From Bifidobacterium breve (GTDB taxonomy: Bacteria > Actinomycetota > Actinomycetes > S36-B12), in NCBI GenBank assembly GCA_945861925.1, contig CAMAWO010000001.1, forward strand, positions 1 to 57,360: a DNA stretch of 57,360 bases, in the 5' to 3' direction. The notes beneath the pieces are model-generated. The model did no database searches, was not told the DNA's origin, and saw only the letters and a program-made list of their open reading frames with translations. The stretch's first letter is position 1, and every line of letters starts with the position of its first letter. The translations under genes were made by a program, and so were the position numbers. Positions 48,197 to 56,454 of the stretch are shown here, in pieces.

Positions 48197-49153
48197 TTAG
48201 AGGTCTTTGACGTCGGCTTGCTTGGCCTTGACGGCCTCGTATGCCTCGACGAGCAGGGCCTTCTCTGCGTCCGTCAGCGGAGTCTCGACGACCCTGCGGA
48301 TGCCTTCCTTGCCCAGCTCGGCCTCGACTCCGAGGTAGGCACCCGACAGGCCGTACTCGCCATCGACCCATGCGCAGACCGGCATGACGTCGCCTGAATC
48401 CTCGTGGATCGCCTTCGCCATCCGAGCAGCAGCAGCCGAGGGCGCGTAGTAAGCGGAACCGGTCTTGAGCAGCGCAACAACCTCGGCGCCACCGTTGCGG
48501 GTGCGCACGACGAGCTCCTCGATCCGGTCAGCAGGCATGAGATCGGCGAGCGGCTTGCCGTCGACCGTGCATGCCGAGGCGACCGGGACCATGGTGTCGC
48601 CGTGCGAGCCGAGGGTGAGGGTCTTGACCGAGGCAACCGGCACGCCGAGATCCTCAGCGACGAAGTGGGTGAATCGCGCCGTGTCGAGCATGCCCGCCTG
48701 GCCGATGACCCGCTGGTACGGGAATCCCGTGACGAGCTGCGCGAGCGCGGTCATCTCGTCGAGGGGGTTCGCGACGTTGATGACGATCGCCTCGGGTGCG
48801 TGCTTCGCGATGTTCTCGGCGACCGAGCGCATGATCCTCGCGTTCGTCTCGATGAGGTCCATGCGGCTCATGCCGGGCTTGCGGGGCAGGCCCGCGGTGA
48901 TGATGACGATCTCGGAGCCCGCGATGACCTCGTAGCCCTCGCCATTCGGTCCGGTTGTCTGGCCGACGACCTTCGTCTCGAAGCCTTCGATCCAGCGCGA
49001 CTGATTCAGGTCAAGGGCGAGACCCTCCGGCTTGCCCTCGACGACGTCGGTGAGGACGACCGTCTCGAAGATGTCGTACTCGGCGAGGCGAAGCGCCGTT
49101 GTCGAGCCGTAGAAACCTGCACCAATGACTGAAACCTTGCCGCGACGAGCCAT
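48197..49153 (-). CDS. mdh: malate dehydrogenase (LDH-like type)
   Basis: VSVIGAGFYGSTTA is the Rossmann motif. GLPRKPGMSRMDL carries the Arg that specifies oxaloacetate. Confidence 0.95.
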   Translation of the reverse strand: MARRGKVSVIGAGFYGSTTALRLAEYDIFETVVLTDVVEGKPEGLALDLNQSRWIEGFETKVVGQTTGPNGEGYEVIAGSEIVIITAGLPRKPGMSRMDLIETNARIMRSVAENIAKHAPEAIVINVANPLDEMTALAQLVTGFPYQRVIGQAGMLDTARFTHFVAEDLGVPVASVKTLTLGSHGDTMVPVASACTVDGKPLADLMPADRIEELVVRTRNGGAEVVALLKTGSAYYAPSAAAARMAKAIHEDSGDVMPVCAWVDGEYGLSGAYLGVEAELGKEGIRRVVETPLTDAEKALLVEAYEAVKAKQADVKDL

Positions 49154-49289
49154 GGCAGACCAATGCCTTCCGAAAGGGTGGACGGGGGATATCTCGACGT
49201 CAAGATACCTTAGGGGCGGGGCTGGTGAGACACGGGAGTACGTCCCGTCGCTTCATCAGAGGGGCATCGTTCGTGTGGTAGCATTTTGC

Positions 49290-50009
49290 ATGATCTATGC
49301 CAAATTGACGTGTATCACCACTCTGGTTGCCGGGTGCGTGCTGTCCATGGGAACTGGCACCGCATGGGCCACCGACGGCACCTCGCCGCAGGCCCAGGCT
49401 GACGCTCTCGGAAAGATGGTCACGAGCGCTGACGTTCCCTCGTCCCTCCTCGTCGATCCAGGTTGGGAGTTCACCACCAAGGTCGACCGCTACGACCTCA
49501 GGTTCGAACTCTGCACGAAGAATGGGGTCGCAATTGAAGGCCTCCCTGCTCCGATCATGCACCAGGTCGAGTTCGGTGAGACCGATCTCCTGTCGGACCC
49601 AATCTCCGTCCAGCAGAACATCTGGCAGTTCACCACGCCTTCCGAAGCAAAGCGCGCTTGGCGGGTCATGCAGGCCAGGGCCAAGGACTGCTCTGGCACC
49701 ACGAAGGAACCAGGCGATTCCGCCGGCAAATTCGCCACTCAGGTACTCACGAACGGCACCACCCGCGCAGTCGTCAATGGCCAGCCCGGCATCTGGACCC
49801 ACTCGCTCTACAGGTCAGGGGTCACCCCTTCAGGCGAGGGCGGTTACTACGTTGCGTTCTTGCTCGACGATGCCATTCAGACGGTGGAGTACGACTTCGC
49901 TGAGGGCACGGTGCTGCCCGAATCCGACCGCTGGCCCGTGAAGAAGCTGGCGCAAACCCTGGCAAACCGCTGGCTTGCCGGTGGTTCGACTAGCCCTCCC
50001 GCATCATAG
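49290..50009 (+). CDS. putative lipoprotein of unknown function
   Basis: MIYAKLTCITTLVAGC is a lipobox. The mature part has two Cys and no recognisable motif. It overlaps the convergent 49990 gene by 20 nt. Confidence 0.6.
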   Translation: MIYAKLTCITTLVAGCVLSMGTGTAWATDGTSPQAQADALGKMVTSADVPSSLLVDPGWEFTTKVDRYDLRFELCTKNGVAIEGLPAPIMHQVEFGETDLLSDPISVQQNIWQFTTPSEAKRAWRVMQARAKDCSGTTKEPGDSAGKFATQVLTNGTTRAVVNGQPGIWTHSLYRSGVTPSGEGGYYVAFLLDDAIQTVEYDFAEGTVLPESDRWPVKKLAQTLANRWLAGGSTSPPAS

Positions 50010-51222
50010 GCAGGGCCGCCACCTGTCGGCCCAGTTCATCACGCACGTATTCGAGCTCCCGAACCACGTACTCCGTGATGTCACCGGTCTTCAGGTGATC
50101 TGGTAGCACGTCCCAGGTGTATGTCTCGATCTCCAGATGGGTTGACAGCGGAGTCGCAGCGTGGACAGCCAGAGCCGCATCGATTCCCGCTCGCGTCGTC
50201 TGAAAGGGCCCGAGTTCCGCGAGGAACACCGGGACGTGGAAGTGTGTTCTCCATTCGCGCGGACCGGGGTCAGCCTCCCATGCTGTGATGGCATCCTCAA
50301 GGTTGAGGAACCGAGTGAGCACCCCGTTTCGCCGTTCGGTGGTCTGGCTCAGGTAGATGGTCCCGGTGTACCGGCGAAGCTCGTCGACGATCTCAGGGGT
50401 CACTTCAGGGACCATGAGCGCGGCGGCCTCCTGGAGTTTGAAGATCGGTATGCCGGCCGCGACCAGGAGTTGTAGGTCTTCGGTTATGTCCTCAAAGGCC
50501 ACCGACTGATGGCAGATGTCGAACACAATACCGAGGTGACGACGCACTCCCCCGAACACCTCGGCAAGCGGCTGACCGGTGAGTTCTGCGACCCTGCAGT
50601 AGCTCGCGGCGGTGTAGACGTGCGAATGAAAGTAGTCGACCGTCTCCGGGATCGTTTCGAGGAAGCAGAACGGTTCAGGCTCGAGCGCCAGCTTCACTCT
50701 GCGGCCGGTGCTCTTCTCAAGATCCATGAGGGTCGCGACAACCCTCAGCAGGTTCTCGGTGAACTCCGCGATGTACGCGTCGTCGACGACCTTCGGACGA
50801 AACGCGAGGGGGGCGCTTTGGATCGTCGGCTCGACCTCTGGTCCGGTGATTTCCGTGAGGATCCGCGCAACGTTCATCGTGTACTGGGTTCGATCCTCGG
50901 TCGTCCAGTCCGGCTCGTACACGCGCTCCTTCACCAGTTCACCCTTGAACGGCCCGAACGGGAAGGCATTCACCGTGTACACGTACAGGTCATTGGTATC
51001 GAGGAACCGCTTAACCCAGGCGCGCTCGGCAGGATCATTGACGAGTACCTCAGCCGAGGCGTTCGAGATGCGCAGCGATACTCCCATGGGCGAACCCGGG
51101 CTGAACCGACGCTTCACCTCGGGGAGGAACTCCTCAAGGCTCGCCCGCATCTCCGGCCAGGTATCGCCAGCATGCACAAGTGTCGAGTAGGTGAGGTGCC
51201 CATAGCCGTTTCCAAGATCCAT
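49990..51222 (-). CDS. xylose-isomerase-like TIM-barrel protein, about 410 aa (possibly EboE-like)
   Basis: ATG at 51222. Contains LTYSTLVHAG...VYTVNAFPFGPF...LALEPEP...FDICHQSVAFED...THFHVPVF...HLEIETYTWDVLP. The long 51384 start is an unlikely extension. Confidence 0.75.
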   Translation of the reverse strand: MDLGNGYGHLTYSTLVHAGDTWPEMRASLEEFLPEVKRRFSPGSPMGVSLRISNASAEVLVNDPAERAWVKRFLDTNDLYVYTVNAFPFGPFKGELVKERVYEPDWTTEDRTQYTMNVARILTEITGPEVEPTIQSAPLAFRPKVVDDAYIAEFTENLLRVVATLMDLEKSTGRRVKLALEPEPFCFLETIPETVDYFHSHVYTAASYCRVAELTGQPLAEVFGGVRRHLGIVFDICHQSVAFEDITEDLQLLVAAGIPIFKLQEAAALMVPEVTPEIVDELRRYTGTIYLSQTTERRNGVLTRFLNLEDAITAWEADPGPREWRTHFHVPVFLAELGPFQTTRAGIDAALAVHAATPLSTHLEIETYTWDVLPDHLKTGDITEYVVRELEYVRDELGRQVAALPMMREG

Positions 51223-51241
51223 CTGGGTGCCTTTCGTCGAG

Positions 51242-52393
51242 TCAGGATGGAATCGTGACGTCCCACGCCGTCGTTTCGAGCAGCGTTTTCGCGTGGGTGA
51301 GGAATTTCGCTGCGTAGGCGCTGTCGATGGCCCGGTGGTCCCATGACAGGGCGAGTGCGCCCTTCGACCGGACAGCGATTGCAAGTGTGCCGTCGTCGAG
51401 GGTGACGACGCTGGGCTTCGGGCTCACGGCATCGAAGGACAGGATCCCAACGTGTGGCTGATTGATTATGGGCATCGTCAGGACGCTCCCGTAGCTGCCG
51501 TTGTTGGTAACTGCGAACGTCGATCCAGCGAGGCTGTCGGCCGTCAGCGTGCCACTGCGTGCTGCGCCTGCGAGGGCCTGAAGCGTTATCGCGGTCGCGG
51601 CGACACTGAGCGTCTGGGCTTCTCGTATCACCGGCACGATGAGCCCGCCAGCACCTAAGTCAACGGCCACACCTAGGTGCACCGACTCGGAAACAAGCAG
51701 TCCATCTTGGCGGTACTCGGCATTGAGATGTGGGTACTCCGTGAGTGCCAGACTCACCGCGCGTACAACGTACGGCAGGTACGTGAGCGAATGCCCGTAC
51801 CTCGCGCGCCACTGGCCGGTGAGCGTCTGTCTCGAACGATCCACCGCCGAATAGTCGACCTCAACCACACTCCAGGCGGTCGCCGCCGCACTAAGCGACT
51901 CGCGAGTTCGTCGAGCGGCGATCTGCCGCACCCGTGAATGCTGAACAAGGTACGTGCCCGACGGAGCAGAAAGCGGCGCATCGTTGTGGAACCCTTGGAC
52001 TGAGGTCGGGCGGTGGGTCGGCACATCTTGCGCACGGATCGTTCCCGAGGGTGACGAGAGCGACCCGATGTCGACGCCACACTCCGACGCGAGCCTGCGT
52101 GCCCTCGGAGTTGAGCGAGGACGCGCGGCCTGCCGCTCCGGCGGGCGTGCATCCGAAGTGCCGCTGCCGATCTCGAGTAAAGGTGCACCAACGCCGATAA
52201 TGGCCCCGACGGCCACGAGAAGCGATGTCACTGGCCCAGCGCTGGACGCGACGACCTCGGTGTCGACCTTGTCAGTCGAGATCTCGGCGATGGGCTGATC
52301 GATGGCGACGATGTCCCCCACCGAAACGAGCCAGCGTGTCAGTTCCCCCGCTGTGACGGTTTCTCCGAACTGCGGCATGAAAACCTGGGCCAC
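51242..52393 (-). CDS. dihydrolipoamide acyltransferase (E2) of a 2-oxoacid/acetoin dehydrogenase complex
   Basis: The lipoyl domain carries EISTDKVDTEV. A subunit-binding domain carries TPRARRLASECGVDI. The catalytic segment is LSWDHRAIDSAYAAKFL. Confidence 0.9.
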   Translation of the reverse strand: MAQVFMPQFGETVTAGELTRWLVSVGDIVAIDQPIAEISTDKVDTEVVASSAGPVTSLLVAVGAIIGVGAPLLEIGSGTSDARPPERQAARPRSTPRARRLASECGVDIGSLSSPSGTIRAQDVPTHRPTSVQGFHNDAPLSAPSGTYLVQHSRVRQIAARRTRESLSAAATAWSVVEVDYSAVDRSRQTLTGQWRARYGHSLTYLPYVVRAVSLALTEYPHLNAEYRQDGLLVSESVHLGVAVDLGAGGLIVPVIREAQTLSVAATAITLQALAGAARSGTLTADSLAGSTFAVTNNGSYGSVLTMPIINQPHVGILSFDAVSPKPSVVTLDDGTLAIAVRSKGALALSWDHRAIDSAYAAKFLTHAKTLLETTAWDVTIPS

Positions 52394-52435
52394 GTCTGAT
52401 CTCCTCGCATGAAGTGGTTGCGGACGACGATGGGC

Positions 52436-53416
52436 TCAGCCAGTAACCATACGAACAGCAAGATCGACAGCACGGGCCACCGATGGCAGCACCTCGTCTT
52501 CGAGATGGGTGGCGAAGGGCAGCGGCACTGCGGCCGCGGCCAGTCGTTTCACCGGAGCATCAAGGTCGTAGAAGCCCTCGTCCGCGACGATCGACGCCAG
52601 GGTTCCGCCCCAGCCGCCCTGATACGGGTTCTCCTCAACGATGAGGATGCGGCTGGTCTTGGCGATGCTCCCCAGCACGGTCGCAGCGTCCAACGGCACA
52701 AGGGTGCGGAGGTCAATCACCTCGGCGGAGATGCCCTGCTGCGCCAACTGATCCGCCGCCTCAACCACGAGTGGCATCGACCAAGCCAGCCCGACAAGGG
52801 TGATGTCGGCGCCCTCTCGAACGATGTTCGCCTGTCCGAACGGGATGACATGGCCTTCCGGCGCGGGCGCGCCTTTCGTGGCAAAGAGGGCCTTGTGCTC
52901 GAAGAAGAGCACCGGATCATCACTGCGAATCGCAGTCGCCATGAGCCCGATGACGTCGGACGGCGTGGACGGCGCGACGATCACGAGCCCGGGGACGGTC
53001 ATGGCCCAGTTCTCCACCGCCTGCGAGTGCTGCGCCCCGAAACCAAGCCCACCGCCGTTCGCGGTGCGGACCACCATGGGCACCTTGACCTGGCCTCCGG
53101 TCATGTACCGGACCTTGGGCATCTCGTTGGCGATGAAGTCCCAGCAGCAGGCGAGGAAGTCGGAAAACATGATCTCTGCCACCGGGCGAACGCCCGACAT
53201 CGCCGCACCCATCGCCGCGCCGACGATTGCCTGCTCGCTGATGGGCGTGTCCCAGATCCGACTCGCGCCGAACTCCTCGAACAAGCCGGCGGTCGTCTTG
53301 AACACTCCGCCGGCCGCGCCGATATCCTCGCCTATGCACACCACCGAGGGATCACGTCGCATTTCACGGGCTATGCCCTCTGCGACTGCCTCGCGATAGG
53401 TGATCAATTCCGCCAT
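52436..53416 (-). CDS. TPP-dependent dehydrogenase E1 beta subunit
   Basis: 326 aa with the typical transketolase-like pyrimidine-binding and C-terminal domains (IGEDIGAAGGVFK...). Confidence 0.95.
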   Translation of the reverse strand: MAELITYREAVAEGIAREMRRDPSVVCIGEDIGAAGGVFKTTAGLFEEFGASRIWDTPISEQAIVGAAMGAAMSGVRPVAEIMFSDFLACCWDFIANEMPKVRYMTGGQVKVPMVVRTANGGGLGFGAQHSQAVENWAMTVPGLVIVAPSTPSDVIGLMATAIRSDDPVLFFEHKALFATKGAPAPEGHVIPFGQANIVREGADITLVGLAWSMPLVVEAADQLAQQGISAEVIDLRTLVPLDAATVLGSIAKTSRILIVEENPYQGGWGGTLASIVADEGFYDLDAPVKRLAAAAVPLPFATHLEDEVLPSVARAVDLAVRMVTG

Positions 53417-54420
53417 TGGGATCCTCCATCGGCCCAGACATCGGTGAACGCCTCCGACGGGTCGCTCAATGGTGCGTTCTTCGCTGCCTCTATCGCCGCG
53501 AGTACCTCCACCTGTGCCGTCCGCTCAATGACGCCGATCTCTTCTTCAGGAATTCCGGATGCCACGAGCCGAGCCCGCAGGACCGTGACCGGGTCCCGCA
53601 TCAGCCACTCCTCGAGTTCGCCCTCGGGCCGGTACTTGGCCGGATCGGTGCGCGAATGCCCGTAATGGCGGTAGGTGAGGCACTCGATGATCGATGGCCC
53701 TTCTCCTCCTCGCGCCTTCACGACCGCCTTGGCCACCTCGTCCCGCACCGTGATGACGTCATTTCCGTCAATCACGATTCGCGGCAGTGAATAGGCTGAT
53801 GCGCGATCTGCCGCGGGATGCTCGACCGCCGTCACGGCACTGATCGGCGTGTACTCCATATAGAGGTTGTTCTCGCAGATGAAGATGACCGGGAGCTTCC
53901 AGACTGCCGCGAGGTTGATCGCCTCATGGAATGCACCGATGTTCGTCGCTCCGTCGCCGAAGAAGGCCACCGACACCTGTCCTGACTTTCGCAGGACGGA
54001 CGACCATGCGGAGCCCACCGCCATAGGTAGATGGGAGCCGATGATGGCATAGGACCCCATCATGTTGTTCTCGGCGCTGGTGAGGAGCATCGAGCCCCCC
54101 TTGCCCTGCGATGATCCGGTTGCCTTGCTCATCAGCTCCGCGAGGCAGGCTTCGGCGCTCAGCCCGCGGGCCATGGCGTGGTGGTGGCCGCGGTACGTAG
54201 CCCACACGTAGTCATCCGGGTTCAATGCTGCGGAGGCGCCGACTGCCACTGCCTCGTGTCCGGCTGCTAGGTGCGTGGTCCCCTTGACCAGGCCACTCAT
54301 GAACAGGTCGAAGGCCGCCTTCTCGGTACCGCGAATGCCGAGCATCTGCGCGTAGTAGGCCTCCAGATCGGCTCGACTCACCGCGACGGCAACTTCTTCG
54401 ACCACCTCAGGCTCCCACAT
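53404..54420 (-). CDS. TPP-dependent dehydrogenase E1 alpha subunit
   Basis: The TPP motif is GDGATNIGAFHEAINLAAVWKLPVIFICENN. It overlaps E1 beta by 13 nt. Confidence 0.95.
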   Translation of the reverse strand: MWEPEVVEEVAVAVSRADLEAYYAQMLGIRGTEKAAFDLFMSGLVKGTTHLAAGHEAVAVGASAALNPDDYVWATYRGHHHAMARGLSAEACLAELMSKATGSSQGKGGSMLLTSAENNMMGSYAIIGSHLPMAVGSAWSSVLRKSGQVSVAFFGDGATNIGAFHEAINLAAVWKLPVIFICENNLYMEYTPISAVTAVEHPAADRASAYSLPRIVIDGNDVITVRDEVAKAVVKARGGEGPSIIECLTYRHYGHSRTDPAKYRPEGELEEWLMRDPVTVLRARLVASGIPEEEIGVIERTAQVEVLAAIEAAKNAPLSDPSEAFTDVWADGGSQWRN

Positions 54421-55786
54421 TCGCCGCAGCGTGGGTGGCCGTGTTCTTGTGCGATTCCGAGTCGCGCAGGGTGTTCAGGGCCCCGCCCGTCGTGTAGTAC
54501 CGCCTGCCAGCCACGAGCAGTTCCTCCGCTGGGAACTTCGTGATGACCTCGCAGCCATCCTTCGTCACGATGAGCTCCTCCTCGATACGAGCAGCGCCCC
54601 AGCCATCCTTGGCAGGCCAGTAGGTTTCCAGCGCAAAGACCATCCCCTCCTCGAGGGTCTCCGGCGCGTCGAATGAGGTGAGCCGACTGAAGATCGGCCT
54701 CTCCCAGATGCTGAGACCCACACCGTGGCCGTATTGAAGCGCGAAGGCCGCCTCCTCGTTCGCGAACCCGAATTCCTGCGCGGTCGGCCAGAGTTCGACG
54801 ATGTCAGCGGTGGTCGCACCCGGCTTCACCATCTCGATAGCCCGATCCATGTACTCACGGCAGATCGTGTAGGCATCACGCTGGGTGGCGGATGCACTCC
54901 CCACAGCGAATGTCCGGTAGTAGCAGGTTCGATAGCCGTTATAGCTGTGCAGGATGTCGAAGAACGCCGGATCCCCGGGGCGAATAATGCGATCGCTGAA
55001 CACGTGCGGATGAGGCGAACAGCGCTCGCCTGAGATGGCATTGACACCCTCGACGTGCTCCGAGCCGAGGTCGTAGAGGGTCTTCGCCACAAGCCCGACG
55101 CACTCGTTCTCCTTGACTCCTGGGCGGAGGAATTCGTACAGGTGCTCATACGCGGCGTCCACCATCGATGCGGCGTGCGTGAGAAGCCCAATCTCATCCG
55201 GGGTCTTGATACGGCGCGCCTCGAGAAACACCTGCTGCCCGTCGACGACCTGCAGGCCGAGCGCCTGCATCGCGAAGAGGACTGGCATCTCGATGACGTC
55301 GACCCCGATCGGCTCATGCTCGAGCCCAATCTCAGCAAGCACCGCGTAGATCTTCCTCGCGACGTCCTCAGCGCGACCAGCGGAGGGGCCGATCGCGCCA
55401 CGAAGGGTCGAGATGCCCGCACGAGATCCTGAGCCAACGGTGGCTCCGTGATGCGGCTCATGGCCATTGAGTCCAGCATCAGTGTGTGCTGCATCGAGCC
55501 ATGGGGTCTGCAGCTGATGGTGTCTGGCCGCCGAGCCGAAGTCCCACAGGACCGGTGCACCGCCCCGCGGAAGCACCGCGAACCGAATCATCTTGTCCAT
55601 TGCCCAGGTCCCGATGTGGGTGCCGGTCATGTACCGGATGTTGTGGAAATCGAAGGTGAGGAGCGAACCGATCTCGGACGCCGTCAGGGCATCGTTCAAT
55701 CGAGCAAGGCGCTGTTCGCGCAGCCGGCTCATGTCGAGCCGGTTCTCCCAGTCGACATTCATGTCTCCGTACGTGGGCGACCCCAT
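54407..55786 (-). CDS. M24-family (creatinase/prolidase fold) hydrolase with an atypical metal site
   Basis: Creatinase-like N-domain plus pita-bread domain. Contains FFD...GYRTCYYRT...GHGVG...FALETY...ARIEEE. It overlaps E1 alpha by 14 nt. Confidence 0.85.
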   Translation of the reverse strand: MGSPTYGDMNVDWENRLDMSRLREQRLARLNDALTASEIGSLLTFDFHNIRYMTGTHIGTWAMDKMIRFAVLPRGGAPVLWDFGSAARHHQLQTPWLDAAHTDAGLNGHEPHHGATVGSGSRAGISTLRGAIGPSAGRAEDVARKIYAVLAEIGLEHEPIGVDVIEMPVLFAMQALGLQVVDGQQVFLEARRIKTPDEIGLLTHAASMVDAAYEHLYEFLRPGVKENECVGLVAKTLYDLGSEHVEGVNAISGERCSPHPHVFSDRIIRPGDPAFFDILHSYNGYRTCYYRTFAVGSASATQRDAYTICREYMDRAIEMVKPGATTADIVELWPTAQEFGFANEEAAFALQYGHGVGLSIWERPIFSRLTSFDAPETLEEGMVFALETYWPAKDGWGAARIEEELIVTKDGCEVITKFPAEELLVAGRRYYTTGGALNTLRDSESHKNTATHAAANVGA

Positions 55787-55883
55787 GGAAATCCTCCGAG
55801 TAGCGAATGATGCACCTACATTCGTTCAGTGCAGATTAACAGTACAGCGAACGTCGAACAAATTGTTCAGTAGTGCTTATCAT

Positions 55884-56429
55884 TCAGGGCCGAGTAGGCA
55901 GGTCCTCAAGCTTGGGCCTCGTCGCGATATAGCTGGCGATCGCAGCCTCCCGCTCGTCCTTCAGGTAGTACGCAACCTCGACCAGTTCCAGCGCAAGGCC
56001 ATCGGGATCGCTGAAGTAGCACCATCGCCAACCCGCGAGCGGGCCCGCATCGACGACGTTCACGTCCGAGTAGAAGACAACACCCTTGGCTTCGAGCTCG
56101 GCCTTCTTCGCACGGATGTCCTCCACCTTGAAGCACACATGCGCCGCTCCGAGGAAGTTGTTCGGGATGTGGGTGGTGTTGTCGGCGGGACGATTGCCGT
56201 ACTCGATGAGCTCCATCGTGGAATGCTCACCCACCCACAGGCACGTTTGTCGGAGCGTCGCACCCGGCACCCCAACGCCACGCTCGAGCTCTGGACCGAC
56301 AAACCAAGGAGTCGGCTCGTTCGCGAACGGCAGGCCGAGGATGTCGTGGTAGAAGTAGATCGACCGGTCAAGGTCGCTCACTACGAGCCCTACGTGGTGC
56401 ACTGCCTGAAACTCCATGCCCATGGCCAA
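55884..56429 (-). CDS. VOC-family (glyoxalase/bleomycin resistance/dioxygenase) protein
   Basis: HHVGLVVSDLDRSIYFYHDILGL is the typical first beta-alpha-beta-beta-beta module, and a second module follows. Confidence 0.85.
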   Translation of the reverse strand: MAMGMEFQAVHHVGLVVSDLDRSIYFYHDILGLPFANEPTPWFVGPELERGVGVPGATLRQTCLWVGEHSTMELIEYGNRPADNTTHIPNNFLGAAHVCFKVEDIRAKKAELEAKGVVFYSDVNVVDAGPLAGWRWCYFSDPDGLALELVEVAYYLKDEREAAIASYIATRPKLEDLPTRP

Positions 56430-56454
56430 CTCCTTTTCGCGTGGGTGTGATCGA

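Noticed and set aside
52409-53665. 418-aa + strand ORF opposite E1 beta and E1 alpha
   Set aside because: The reason is the same: the - strand genes carry TPP and E1 motifs, and the + frame is a compositional artefact.
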